Positions 27,692 through 43,094 of a stretch of 64,000 nucleotides of DNA are shown in pieces. The translations under genes and the position numbers were made by a program. Below the pieces are notes generated by a model that saw nothing but the letters and a program-made list of their open reading frames with translations, was not told the origin of the DNA and did no database searches. Origin of the DNA: Eledone cirrhosa. Taxonomy: Eukaryota. Position 1 is the first letter of the stretch. Every line of letters starts with the position of its first letter. Location: positions 3,286,001-3,350,000 of the forward strand of contig OZ024749.1 in the NCBI GenBank assembly GCA_964016885.1, written 5' to 3'.

Positions 27692-28218
27692 CTCTCTGTC
27701 CATATATATAAGGTTCCACTTTAGACCCAGTCTTCGGAACGAGAAAGATGAACAGCCCTTTTCAACACCTACATACCTATTTTATTGCTATCTACTCATC
27801 CCCCTCTTTCTTTCCCTCCCTTTCTCCTTCTCACTTTCACTCACCCTCTCTCTGCTGGCCACCTCGTTATTTCCCTCGCCTGATCCACTATCAGTCCTTT
27901 TTTCACTCACACTCATAGGGGTCAGGCATGTCCTTTTGCTCGTCCGCACAATCTTGAACTTATGTTCAGTAATTGTCGTGGTCTTGAATTTTCTCTCCCA
28001 GTTGCTCACTCACTCTTCGGTTTGTTTCCCCTTTTTTTCGCTGTTTTTGCTCTTTTCTCCCCCTTTCCCTTCTGTTGTCTTATATTTTCTTTTCCTCCCT
28101 CCTCCACTTTCCCAATAACTTACCTAGGTCGTAGACCGGACTGGGGGTGGAGAACTTGTCTTTGGTGCGTAGAAATGTCCGATACACCCAGCAGACGGCT
28201 GATGAGGAGAACGTATAT

Positions 28219-28260
<42 letters not shown>

Positions 28261-28512
28261 GATATTAAACAGATGGAAACTACATTTATAAAACCATATT
28301 TATTTCATTATATATATTTCAGGGATATCATATTAAAAATATGGTATGCCCTCTTCAGACAAAATACAATATATAAACAGTTTTATAAATAAATTTGACA
28401 TACCTTAAAATGTTACAACTTCCATTTAAAAAGTTGTTACGGTAGTTGTAAAATTGGAAGTTGTAAAATGTTAAGGTATGTCAAATTTATTTATAAAACT
28501 GTTTATATATTG

Positions 28513-28578
28513 TATTTTGTCTGAAGAGGGCATCCCATATTTTTAATATGATATCCCTGAAATATATATAATGAAATA
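28513..28578 (+). ncRNA. AT-rich minimal type I hammerhead (copies: 28301-28366 -, 34485-34546 +, ~38018-38082 -)
   Basis: TATTTTGT-CTGAAGA-long stem II-GAAA-TATATA-TA-ATGAAATA. The 34485 and 38018 copies have CTGATGA. Confidence 0.72.
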
Positions 28579-28709
28579 AATATGGTTTTATAAATATAGT
28601 TTCCATTTGTTTAATATCGTAAAATACTCCAAAATCTGTTGACTGCTTTTATATCAGTTATAAAATATTTACTCGTTGTAACCCAACAATTTTAAATAAA
28701 ACTTTTGCA

Positions 28710-29421
<712 letters not shown>

Positions 29422-29981
29422 GTATTAATTATAAGGTAGTAATATATTACTACCTTATAATTCATATATATACATATATATATATAGGGAGAATAGCATT
29501 GGCTGTGTAGTTGCTAGTTAAGGTAGCTTAAAATCTAATGAGAATAAGAAGAAACCGAGAACAGGGGGGGAGGATTTCTCCTCATTAGTTCTCTACTGGG
29601 GGTCTCGGATATTTTAACGCTTTAAAGACAAGATATATTTTCTCCCAGAGCGTTCAATAACTGGGCAAGTTGGACATTTGGAAAATGGAAGAATGAGGGA
29701 AAATAGAAGGGAGAAGCAAAGAAAAGAGAAAACAACGAAAAAAACACCAAACCGAACAATGTGCGAGCAACTTAAGGTAAGACAATCCAAGACCACAGCG
29801 ATAAGAGAACTTAAGTTAAAGAGCGTGTGGGCGAACGAAAAGACACGGCTGACCCCAGCCACTGTAAGTGAGAAAAGGACTGCTAGAGGGGTCAGGGGAA
29901 GGAAACAAATAGGTGGCTGCAAGAGAGAAGGTGAATGAAAGGGGGAAAGGGAGAGGAAGAAAGTGGGGTAAGAGTAGATAG

Positions 29982-30020
<39 letters not shown>

Positions 30021-30244
30021 CTAGAGACATCGAAGTCGCTAGACGTCTCTGAGGAACTTGCAAATCCAGAGTCAGGTTTGATCCACAAATAGATGGCACC
30101 TCGAGCTGTTCGCTGGAGAAACAAGTGTAATAGGTTAATAAATTGTGTTTCGATGCATCACTGATCCTTCGTTTTCCATATTATTAAAGTCTGCTCTGGA
30201 GGAGTGCTCAACCAGCATACCACCTCTCTCTATATATATATAAC

Positions 30245-30459
30245 AGGAACGATCGACTTTTATCAAGTCGGACAGAGGAAACAATGTTTCCATTGGTCTT
30301 TCCAATTGCTGCTTCTATCTATTAGTTGCAACTCCAGGTAGAAGGAGCAACGTCAATTAAAGTATCTTGCTCAAGGACATAACGCAGCGCCTGGTCAGGG
30401 AATCGAACTCATAACCTCACGGTTGCGAATCCAATTCTCTAACCACTCACCCACACGCC

Positions 30460-30462
<3 letters not shown>
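30245..30462 (-). mobile_element. tRNA-derived CORE-like SINE
   Basis: Minus strand head with B box GAGTTCGATTCCC, then CCTTGAGCAAGATACTT. Confidence 0.7.
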
Positions 30463-30553
<91 letters not shown>

Positions 30554-30802
30554 GCGGGTCTTTATGTATGTGTGCGCGTGTATGTGTTTGTGCGACTGTG
30601 TATCTGCGTCAGTATCTGTCTGTGTGCGTGTGCATTTTCAAATATTCATTCCATTTCACCATTCATCTTTGCCTAGAAACTCAACATGAGTTTACTGAAT
30701 CAATGCCCGTGGTTCAAAGTTCAAATGAATTTATAAACGTCACCTATTGTTTTACTAGAATAGAAACAAAGACCTATATTATATATTATAACATGTCATG
30801 AT

Positions 30803-30850
<48 letters not shown>

Positions 30851-31003
30851 AAAGATAATGAGAGCCAGAGGAAGAGTTAGAAAGAGATTCTTTTGTATAT
30901 GTAAAGACAGTCAAATCTCTTGATACACATATGCATATCTTCTTTTCTAATTGATAACAATACCTCTTCACAGATATTCGCACACACAATCAATATATAT
31001 ATA

Positions 31004-31142
<139 letters not shown>

Positions 31143-31768
31143 TTGTGTGTGTGCGTGTGCGTGTGTGTATACAGGTCTAGATAGCCAGACAGACACCCAC
31201 ATTGAAACTACTACACCAACCCGCTCCCCCCATCCCCAACACCATGCTTCAGCACTGTCTGAGGAGCTATAAAATTAACCTTGTATACATGCCATGGCAT
31301 CAAGTAATTAAATAGTTGAAAACATCGATCAATGAATTTTACGAGAGCTTGCCATTTTAACATGTTATTGACCCGGCAAATGTATGCCACTATTGTGCCG
31401 GTACTTTTATATCACTATTGTCCCGGCAATTATCTTGAACTGCGCATAATGAAGTGGATGGCAAAGCATTTAGATGAAGTGCAGCTACTAATTGTTCGTG
31501 ATTTATGAACAATAAAGTCTTTTAAACTCAGAACAAATCAAATTTGTTTATTGGAATAGTTATCGTCGGTTAAACCGTCTCAATTATCTATTAGTCGCAC
31601 TTATCTTCCACAGACATTCGGGGTGGCAGAGGGAGACAAAGCATGAACAATAAAAATAGAAATCAAAATCTATTTTGCTTTTAAAGTTTAGTAAATTATT
31701 TAGTTATTATTATCTGGTAGTAGCATTAGGCGACAAATTGGCAGGACTGGTGGAACAACGGAAAATAT

Positions 31769-31963
31769 CAAACCTGTCAACTCTCCCCGTTGGTGAGGGA
31801 GATCTCCCATCAACTTTGGGGTGGGTGATAGGTCTCTTCTCTTGTGAAAATTGGTATAGCTTTCATTATGTAAAATCTCTCAATTTTTCCTCATTTCTTC
31901 CCGTTTTGGTACACTTTTTGTTATAGTACTCCCCTTTTGGGTTTTTATTAGCTGTCAGGTCTG
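31769..31963. mobile_element. ~200-bp MITE; further copies at ~19408-19604 and ~22067-22271
   Basis: Imperfect TIRs CAAACCTGTCA / TGTCAGGTCTG; a shared internal GAGATCTCCCA...GTGAAAA block in three copies. Confidence 0.7.
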
Positions 31964-32149
31964 TAAAATGACATCTGATATTGCGTCGTGACCGACTGTA
32001 TCTTTCATCTTTGGTGTGGTTATAAAATAAAGTAGCATTAAAATTCAGGTTCTCTTACAACAGTAGCTAAGGCAGGAAGTAACCCATTGTACGAGTAACG
32101 TTGGCAAGATTCTGTGTTGAGGAAGGTTATGTCTGGATATATCTCTACC

Positions 32150-32295
32150 CAGCAGTGTCACTACAACTCGGTTACTTATCATCAACAATGTCACTAAATC
32201 ACAGCTCCTCACCCCCAGCCATGTCCCTACAACTGGGCTACGGATCATCAACAGTGACACTACAACTCAGCATCCCACCCTCAGCAGTTCCACTA
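32150..32295. repeat. Degenerate ~33-bp tandem repeat
   Basis: Recurrent CARCAGTGTCACTACAACT. Confidence 0.65.
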
Positions 32296-32981
32296 GTCTT
32301 CAATATTTCCCTTCCCGTTAAAATTACTGCAATTCTGCCTAAATTAGAAATCGCTATTTAGTGGTTGTATCAATCATTTCATCGGTAACCTTTAATTGAG
32401 ACTAAGAAAAGTAGATTTATGATCAATATGGCGTCAGAAGAAGTTTCCCATTCGATATGTATATGTAACTTTATACTGATTTACATTACATAATTCTGAT
32501 GGAAAGTACATATGATTTAGCTCCCAGATTTTATAAAGGAATACTGTAATCCATTTAATCTTCTTTATCACATCCATTACTAATACATCTGTTTACAATC
32601 TAGGGATGGAACATGAAACATGATCACTACTGTCGAAGTATTTAAACAGTCGCAGTTAAGAAGGAAAACAAAGTAATAAACAACATAATAGTTATATATA
32701 ACTACCATTCTATTTGGCTATCCTATCATCAGTGTTTCTGTCTTTCTTAAATACCTGGCCGTATTTAAGAAAGAAACGTATTAAAATGCTCATAAGTTTT
32801 GAGAACATTTTGCAAATATGAGTATAATTTTCCTTTCTGCTGAATCAAAGTGGTTTATTATGAATTCCTAAAAATAATGATATGCATAAAATAAATGATT
32901 AATGAGAAGATGCAAAACGTATGCCGTTTCTATCACCATTAGTGACATTACGAACTCTGCAGATTAATCCATTAACCAACC

Positions 32982-33057
<76 letters not shown>

Positions 33058-33275
33058 GTTTCCGTGTGTATATATATGTGTGTATATATACAGAGTTTCA
33101 GAAGATCCCGTTAAGGGTTAAAGCAGCGATTCTTTGCTTAAACTTTAATCTGTTATTTTAATAAATATTTGCTCTACGGTTCTTATATATTTGATATATA
33201 TTTTCCTTATCGAGCCCTCTTTGGATTTTAGTCTTCAATTATATTATTATTACTATATGTGTATATATAGATATG

Positions 33276-33810
33276 TCAGGTCACCAGTTGGTGCTACTGG
33301 TAACATGTATCCCAGTACAACCTGTCTCATGGTCGGGTCGTTGGCGACTAAACTGGCAACCCCACCAAGGTTTCTTGGTGAGGAGGGTGACTTTGGACAT
33401 CCTGCAGTACTAAAAACAAAACCTGTCAAAGGGCAAAGGAGCTCTTAAGAGTCAATGGCCATCCAAAATCACTGGGAGAGATGACCCCTTAGCCTTTGTC
33501 AAGGCAAAATTTTAGGAGAAGGAAAACTCTGATATAACACCTGCAACCCTGATGGTATCCAATGATGTTGACTTGTTCTTCTTTTGGGTAAATATCATCT
33601 TGGTTAAGAGAGTGGGACTGGCTTTGTGCAGTGCCTTTGCTCACTATAAAAGCTTCACGGCACAGGCATTGCTTTGTATCTGGAGATCTCTCTGCACTTG
33701 TCGTCACATGGTACCATGGGCCTAGCACTATGTGTCAATAATTGTCACAGGTGTAGTGTTTGTACCAGAGTTTTCAAGTCGCTGGCTGGACTAAAGTTAC
33801 ATTCGTTCAG
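33276..33810 (+). mobile_element. Short RTE-derived element (5'UTR-like region + C-terminal zinc-finger remnant)
   Basis: Ends with HRCSVCTRVFKSLAGLKLH, resembling the RTE terminal C2H2 motif. No RT or APE sequence upstream. Confidence 0.55.
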
Positions 33811-33878
33811 CGCATCGGTAGGAGTTCTCCTACATGGATATAAAGTAGTGGCCGTACTCGAAAACGAGTTGGCAGCCA

Positions 33879-33931
<53 letters not shown>

Positions 33932-34344
33932 ACACTCGAAAAGATTTGTCAAGGCCTTGGCTTATGTAATTATAACTATTTGCAGATTCATTTCATTGGA
34001 GATTTTGTGTCAGGGAACAGATCATTAACAGATTTATGTCACACACTAGTTCATCCAATGTCTCACAAGAGACAAGTGATAAGGACAATGGTTACAGCTC
34101 CCACGCGGGGGACGTTTCTGCTGCTACTCTATAAGATGAATGGTATTTGTGAACCACGTGTATATTCACAAAATATAAATGATCTATTAAACGTTTTCAA
34201 ATTGGTCTTTAATTTATACATTACAGACGCTATGCTGTGAGGCTCCAACATTTCGAATTGACCCGCTATGGTGCGTCATTGTAATTCTCCCGTCTACTCG
34301 TGTCGGGTCAGTTCAATTGTCACATTAAACCCTACGCAGGATTC

Positions 34345-34398
34345 TTCCTCCCCTGATGATTTCCTCTGAAGGAAACAGTCCTAGTCCTGTAGAAGGCA
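34345..34398 (+). ncRNA. Hammerhead related to the 9190 family, with weak stem I
   Basis: CTGATGA-TTTC(ctct)GAAG-GAAA-CAG(tcctagtc)CTG-TA. Confidence 0.7.
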
Positions 34399-34410
34399 TT
34401 TCATTATTAA

Positions 34411-34441
<31 letters not shown>

Positions 34442-34586
34442 GCAAAGGGTACGTCAAACTTATTTGTAAGACTGTTATATATTGTATTTTGTCTGATGAA
34501 GGCATACCATAATTTAATGTATCCCTGAAATATGTATAATGAAATAAATATGGTTTTATAAATATAGTTTCCATTTATTAATATCG

Positions 34587-34629
<43 letters not shown>

Positions 34630-35313
34630 CGAGGGAAAAGTGGTAAGGAACCAGGTGGACCATAACGCACCAAAGTACTCAATACTTAGGGTAGTAGAGT
34701 GGGTAATAGGAGTAAGTAAGACCCCGACGGCTGAGCTTAAGCCGTTTCGACGGCTAATTCTGTACAGAATTAGCCGTCGAAACGGCTTGAGCTCAGCCGT
34801 CGGGGTCTTACTTACTCCTATATATATATATATATATATATTTATTTATTTAGGTTTGTTGCTTTACCACTCGTTAAAACTGGTCATCCCGTATGGTCAA
34901 CCTAGATGAAATATTATGGAGAGCATTCAACGTAATGCAGCGCACCCGTCTTCGTTTTGTGTAGTTGGTGGTGCGACTACGCAGTTAATTATTATAAAAG
35001 AACAGGAGGCTGGACTGGTCTAATTCCTTAAAAGGTTTATTATACTATGATCATTTCAATAACCGGGTTCAGTATCAATCCGGTGACATCATCAGGTATT
35101 CAAAATATAACAAAGAAATACAATAAACAAACTCCATGGGCCCGAAAATCATATATATATATATATATATATATATTAGGATTGGTGCTCTGAAATAGCG
35201 ATGTATAAATGAATGTATGTATAGTATATATGTCAATATACGGTATGTTTCATTAAACACATTTAGAAGACCATACAGTGTATTGCCAAATATACTATAC
35301 ATACATTCATATA

Positions 35314-35360
<47 letters not shown>

Positions 35361-35433
35361 AAAGGATAAAAAGGACGATTGATTATTCCTTCATTGCATT
35401 TATTGATAGGTGACGCGCGTAGTTACACCCCCT

Positions 35434-35502
<69 letters not shown>

Positions 35503-36781
35503 CAATATATATCGAGTTCTAATCGAGTTATAATCCCTACCCTAGTTGGCTAGACTGTCAATGTCACGTTCATTTTCTAACTCTCTTCGTCTGGTTATAT
35601 ATATATATTTATCTCAAATTAGAATTCACCGCTTAAGCGGGGCTTACCTCCCTTGGAGTAAACCACGTGTCTGTGGCGACATTTAAAGCGACAACATACC
35701 CGCTCAGGCTAAGAACGATAGACTTGCTGAAGAAGTAAATCCTATGTTCTGTCGTCAAAAACCATTATATTGCAGACTCCTGCAATAGGAATTTGTCGGT
35801 CTTGGATTTGCAGAAACTTAGCGCTGATGTTGGATGCGATATGTGATGTATATTGTTGATATAAGATGTAAGTTATATATTTTGCACTCAGCCTCACCGC
35901 TATGTCCGGGTCAGTATAAAATATTTTCCTGGGTCCTGTATTTTTTTTTTGTTCTAGTGATGCGGCTGGACTGCCGACCGCTATATCTGATTTGCTAAGC
36001 TGTCTGAACGTAATGTTATTACTCTGGGGTCTTTCCTCATTTGAGTGCTCAAGCTACAGACCGATTACGCATATAGGCTAACTTGGCCGCATTCTAAAGC
36101 TTCGTCAATGATGTACTAAAATTTATATATATATAAATATATATACAATCAAATTACAATAGAGTGTCTATCTAAGTCACATCATGTTCAAGCGGGCGTG
36201 GGGTAAATAATACTTCCATTGCTTTCCTATGACATGACTTGCATTGAAACACTATTAAATCTGATGGCGTTCTTCTATCAATAAATAGCTGAACCAAGAA
36301 TTAAATGCTTCCATTGCAGTCCTTTATGTTGGCAGTGTCCTAATTACTTCTAGAACTAACATTTTCAAATAGACGTGTAAAACACTGTGACATTTACAAA
36401 CCCAATTATCCGTATTTTATTGAATGAATAGTTCGAATAATTACTTGAGGATTTATGTCTGTTCATATATATTGGTGTTCCTTTTTATATGTGATCGATA
36501 TTCCTTGTCTATTTTTTTTTCCATTTGATTCTATAGATTAACATTTTCCCTTGATACTTTTCTTGTATTGTTTCAGCTTCAGTTATTTCGGAATTGTTTT
36601 CCTTTGATATGTAGTACTTCGTTAATTCTTCAAGTGATACCTAACAAAATTGCAAAAAATGCTTTCTCGTCCTTCAGCCACTCTCTCTCTCCCTCTCTAC
36701 CTCTCTTCCTTCAGCCACTTCACCCCTCTCTCTCTCTCTTCACCCCTCTCTCTCTCTTCCTCCAACCCATCCCACTCTGTT

Positions 36782-36845
<64 letters not shown>

Positions 36846-37023
36846 CCTCTCTCTCTCTGTCCCTCTCTCTCTATATATATATATATATGTATATTCATAT
36901 ATCTGTATAAATTCATGTACAGATAAATCCATCTCTGTATATGACCGTACCGAGACGTTGACACAAACGCATTCATTCACACACATATGCATTTATGTGT
37001 GTGTGTGTATATAGTATCTCTCT

Positions 37024-37890
<867 letters not shown>

Positions 37891-38569
37891 AACAGTTCTA
37901 TTTAAATTGTTGGATACAACAAGTAAATATTTTTATAACTGATATAAAGCACTCGACAAGTATTTGTAGTAGATATACGATATTAACAAAAAGAAACTAT
38001 ATTTATAAAACCATATTTATTTCATTATACATATTTCAAGGATACCAAGTTAAATTATGGTATGCCTTCATCAGACAAAATACAATATATACCAGTTTTA
38101 TAAATAAACATTGACGTACCCTTTCAAAATGCGACCGTTTCTTTTGGAAGACATCCTGATATCCCATTTTAGTGAGTGTTGAACTTTGTTTAACTTAAGG
38201 TTTTTAATGAGCCTAGCAACAGATGTTCGACATTTCAGTTCAAAATATTCCTTTCGAAATAAAATTTGAATTGACATTTTACATAATTTATAAATGTTGC
38301 ATTTAATAAAGGATCGTTGATTTTTTACTGTTCACCCCCCTTCTGGAGTCATTTATTTCTACAAAGGGAAACGATGTATTGTCCATTCATCGACAATCAT
38401 TCATTTCCTTTAAATGTATGTCTGTGTGTGTGTGTTTTTTTATAAGTGTGTCTGTGTTTGTACGTTTATAGATATATATACTTATATAAATGTATGCTTA
38501 TGCACATACACACAAACATATACGCATACGCGTCAGTGTATTAGAAAAACAATTCTAGAACATTAACAA

Positions 38570-39000
38570 TTCTCTGTAGTATTGGCACAAGGCCAGCAAT
38601 TTAGAGAAAGAGCATATCGATTACATCGCACCTAGTACTTAACTGGTAAATTATTTTTATCAATCACACAAGGAAGACTAAGTTGAGCTCGGTTGGATTT
38701 GAACTCAGAACGTAGAAAGTCGTGACTAAATGTTACAAAGCATATTCTAGGACGCTACACTGATAAAGGTCTTTGGCACAAGTCATGCAATTAGTGGTGT
38801 TGATGGTGGTGTGGTGGTGGGGGGGGGGGGTAATCGTGTATATCGATTATGTTTTAGTAGTGTTTCATTTTTATCGACCGTGGATGGTTGAAAGGAAAAA
38901 TTGACCTCAGGGGGAGATGAACTCCGAATGTAAAGGGCCGTAACTATATTCCTCAAAGCTTTTGGTTTGACACTTTACACTGCATACCCATCGCCCTTGC
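38570..39000 (-). mobile_element. Two diverged Nin-type SINEs
   Basis: GGCACAAG...GATTTGAACTCAGAACG pattern appears twice. Confidence 0.7.
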
Positions 39001-39519
39001 CAATACCTTAATACATTAATAATGACAGCGAAGTAAACTTCTACATGCCATGTAATTACGTAAACCTTAAAAAATATTAAAGATGTAAAATAATTTTTTT
39101 TAAACTTTAGTCACACAATACCGATATTAAAACAGAGACCTCAAACAAAGTTTACAATGGGTTAAACAACTTTAATTTATCGAATATTAATTAAAGGATT
39201 GTTTTTAACCCTGATTACCATAAACGATGTAACACTTGGTTCCTTTTAATGTTTGTTAATTCTTTGGCATCGTATAGTTTTAGGCTTTGCCTTTGCGTGT
39301 TTTTCGTTATGATAATAGCTGCTTGACAGAATGTTCCAGATTAATATATTTTTAGATGTTTGACTACATTTCCTTGTTGCATTCCATCAATTTCCTTGCC
39401 TTTTCTTTTTTTTTGATTTTTCATCCTGTCTTTACTTTGTGAATAAACACGCATACAAACAGGCAAAATCCCTAACAGACTATATATAAATTTATATATA
39501 TATATATATATATATATAT

Positions 39520-41390
39520 CCTGCTCCCATATCATCAACACCACCACCTTCCAGGGTCCCAACGGCCACTCTCTCTCTGTCCGGCACGCCTTACGCTGCA
39601 CCTCCTCCAACCTAGTCTATGGACTTCGCTGCACGGCGTGCAGCGCAACCTAAGGCGGACAGACTGGACGTCGCCTGGCGGACCGTTCACTGAACACCTC
39701 CGGGATATTCGGCTCGGCGGGAGTTCTCCCATCGCCCGCCACTTTGGCTCCCCTGGATATTCCGCCCACCACCTCACAGTCTGTGGCCTAATTCAATGCC
39801 ACGGAACACCCGCCACCCGCCTCATGGTCGAACAAAGCACCATCTTCACCCTACAGACCCACACTCCCCCCGGCCTGAAGTCCCCACCCCTATTATTTTC
39901 GCCTTCGAACGCCCTGTCTCCCCCCCCCCCAACATATCCCCCACTAACACCACTAACACACGCCTCCTTTTCACCGCCTACCCCCTTGGCCCACCCCACA
40001 ACTAACAATACTAACACCCCATCCCTGGCCACCCTCCCCCAACTAACACTACTAACATCCCCACCCCTCCGCCTAACACGCACACACACACCTGTACATA
40101 TATACACGCACTCAAATGATCCACACACCCTACTACCACCACTAACCCTCACCCACATATCCACTCCAACCACCCCACAACTAATACCACGATCACACAC
40201 CTTAATATACCTACATACACCACCCACTCTACACACCCCACCACCACTAACCCCCACTAACACACACTAACAACCCCTTTACCACACACACACTCATCCA
40301 AACACGTACACACACACACACCAATACATTACACTCCCTCCACGTCCCCCAGACCTCCTCTCTCCATCTCCCCGCTCCACCCAGACCTCTTCACACACAC
40401 ACACACATCCAACTAACACCTCTACTAACACACACCCCGTCCACCCACATGACCCCCTCCCCACTCCACCTTTCACACCTACCCATCCACTCCCATGTCC
40501 ACCGCACACACAGACACACAATCCTCACCACCACACACTGTTTTTCCACCTGTCATTCTCCTCTACTAATATGCCTTCATCCTGCCTTGATCCTCTGACT
40601 ACTTCCTGTTCCGCGCGCACACCCTCATCTCCCCACTTTCGACCACCACAACCAACGGATTACACACCACCGGGCATCGTTCCAGCTATCCACTCCATAA
40701 CATGAAACATATCCGGACACCTCTTCGCACCCTCTACGGAACTACCTTAGGAACTTACCCACAGACATAGACTCACAATTTTTTTTCGAACCACGCCACC
40801 TACACCACGTAAAAACGCCAACACACACGTGCGTACCCCCACATATACACACTCAGCCGCCGGAAACCTCCCCGCCCCTCCCCCACCCCTCTGACCCATC
40901 CCCATCCACGCACGCACACACCGACCTACACCCTACCCCACACACACAGCTTCTCTTGAACATGGTACCTGTTTCTTCCCCCAACTCTCACATTCACATA
41001 CACACAAGTCAACCTACACACATACACAAACATCACATTCAGCCCTCCCCACTTGGACACCGCGCCTCCCTCGCCATACTCTCACTCCATCACCCCTACA
41101 CGCCCCACATCCTTCCACCACTTGTTCATCTTTATGTTTATTTTTATTTTTATTTGTACCCCTTCCACCGTTTTTCCTCCCTTTTCTCTCCCTTTTTTTC
41201 TAAATGTCTCTCTCCCACTCCCCCATACACCATCGGAACTCTCTTCCCAACCACTTTTCTCCCGAGGAAGGGCTTATGCCCGAAACACCCCCCCCCCCCC
41301 CACACACTCTCAAGACCGTGAAACTAATAAACCTTTGTTTGTACTGCCTCTCTGTTTTCGTTCCACGTTCCAATGTTCACTATATATACA
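39520..41390 (+). mobile_element. 5'-truncated Penelope-like element: GIY-YIG remnant, long C/A-rich region, degenerate hammerhead, AATAAA
   Basis: Begins directly after (TA)n. The endonuclease remnant is followed by CCGAGGA-A-GGGC-TTAT-GCCC-GAAAC at 41262-41286. Confidence 0.8.
39522..39885 (+). pseudogene. GIY-YIG endonuclease of a Penelope-like element (stop + frameshift)
   Basis: CTSSNLVYGLRCTACSAT*GGQTGRRLADR / FTEHLRDIR...PIARHF...RLMVEQSTIFTLQTHTPPGL. Confidence 0.88.
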
Positions 41391-41393
41391 ATA

Positions 41394-41578
41394 TGGCGGT
41401 GGATTGGCAGTATCGGTAGAGGGTCGGACGCCATGCTTTCCAGCATAGTTACGTCCCTTTACGATCTGAGTTCAAATCCCGCCGAGGTGACTTTACCTTT
41501 CATCCATACGGGGTCGATAAAATAAAGTACGAGTAATGAACTGGATAATTGCTGGCCTTGTGCCTAAAGTAGAAACAA
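41394..41578 (+). mobile_element. Nin-type SINE (near full length)
   Basis: GGCGGTGGATTGGCAGTATCGG through GTAGAAAC. Confidence 0.88.
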
Positions 41579-42247
41579 CTATATATACATATCTATGTAT
41601 ATATATATAAAGAGGAAACTGTGAAGTTGAAGATATTAGGGCCCTTTATTAATTGAGCCGTTATACATATTTAAATGACGATAGATATTGTGATTGCTTC
41701 AGACAACAGAAATTGATCAAAAGTTAACATTTCCGAGGCAATGTTAGGTGGAAGGGAGCGGACAAAAAAAATGTGTATTTTTCTGCTTTTGATTCCCGCT
41801 CACTTCTAATTTTCAGGACATCCTGACAGCCCTGCTTAGTAACAGAGGTCTCAGTGACTGACCACTCAACTACCACTCACAATACTACTAACCTTATATG
41901 TTCTCACTAGCTACCAGTCTCCCACTACCTCGGCCAACAACTCTATACGGTCAGTGGGAGTTCAAACCAGTCAAAATGTATTTACTGCTAGCTTTGGTGG
42001 CCAGCAGAATCTAGTGCAATCGTACACTCTACTCGTTTATAGCGGGTTTATACACATACCATCAACCCCAAATTCAGGAAGTTACCTACTGCTATGGTTA
42101 ATATAACTAATAGAATGTATTAAAGGTTTCACAACCCGCAAAAAAAAAGTTAAAAACGAATTATAATGAATGAGCGGAAATGCAAGAAAAAAATTGAAGT
42201 AAAAATCCGTGATAAATGTTTGAGTGGGGGCGAGCTATAGAGAGTCA

Positions 42248-42349
<102 letters not shown>

Positions 42350-42433
42350 AAATGTAAATAGAGACAGCAACACATTAGGGACAGTATATGGAATGTATAT
42401 ATTAGGTTAACGTTTGATATAGCAGGAAGAGGG

Positions 42434-42469
42434 TCTTAACGTTTCGGACGTTAGTCCTTCATCAGAAGA
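42434..42469 (-). ncRNA. Minimal type I hammerhead (degenerate paralogue ~43545-43575)
   Basis: TCTT-CTGATGA-a-GGAC(taac)GTCC-GAAA-CG-TT-AAGA; palindromic AACGTT at stem III. Confidence 0.8.
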
Positions 42470-42678
42470 ACGAATGAGAAATAAAATAGATTGAGGGGGA
42501 CTGGCGAGATGGAATTGGAAAACATGTATTTAGATAAAAATAACTGGTCCAGTCATGTTGTCATCTCTTGCAAAATTGTTGGTGTTGGCGTGTATAAATG
42601 TACTTCGGCATCTTTGTTTTTAGGAAGTTATATGATGTTGAGTGGTAGAAGTGAATTGCATTCTTCTATACCTAATGT

Positions 42679-42737
<59 letters not shown>

Positions 42738-43094
42738 ATGATACGAAACGAAAGGAGCTGTGTGGTTACTAAAAGCAAGGTTTAGAATGGTGGTTAGGAC
42801 GAAACAAGAGGATAAAGGAAGAAAGGTGTTTCACTTCGTCAGCTGTAAATATCCCGATCCGATTTTTCGGCGCTGAATTACAGGACATCGGTTTTTTCAC
42901 CTATTTTTTTCTACTATTTATCTCCCTATTTTCCTTTCTCCATTTCTTCCACTCTCATCCCCCCCCCCCTCTGTTCTTCCTCTTCTCCTTCTACTTCCTT
43001 TTCTCTCTCCTTCCCCCCCCCTTTCCCCTCTTATCTCTCTCGTTTTCCTCCTAGATATTTGATTAATAAAAGACCTTGTGGTCTCCCGATCTCT

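Noticed and set aside
35720-35760. CTGAAGA heptamer
   Set aside because: No stem II-GAAA-stem III arrangement follows.
39886-40270. Pro/Thr/His-rich extension of the 210-aa ORF as a real protein domain
   Set aside because: Reflects C/A-skewed low-complexity sequence beyond the usual end of the GIY-YIG domain.
41394-41480. tRNA gene
   Set aside because: The A/B boxes belong to the SINE head, continue into the SINE body, and form no cloverleaf.
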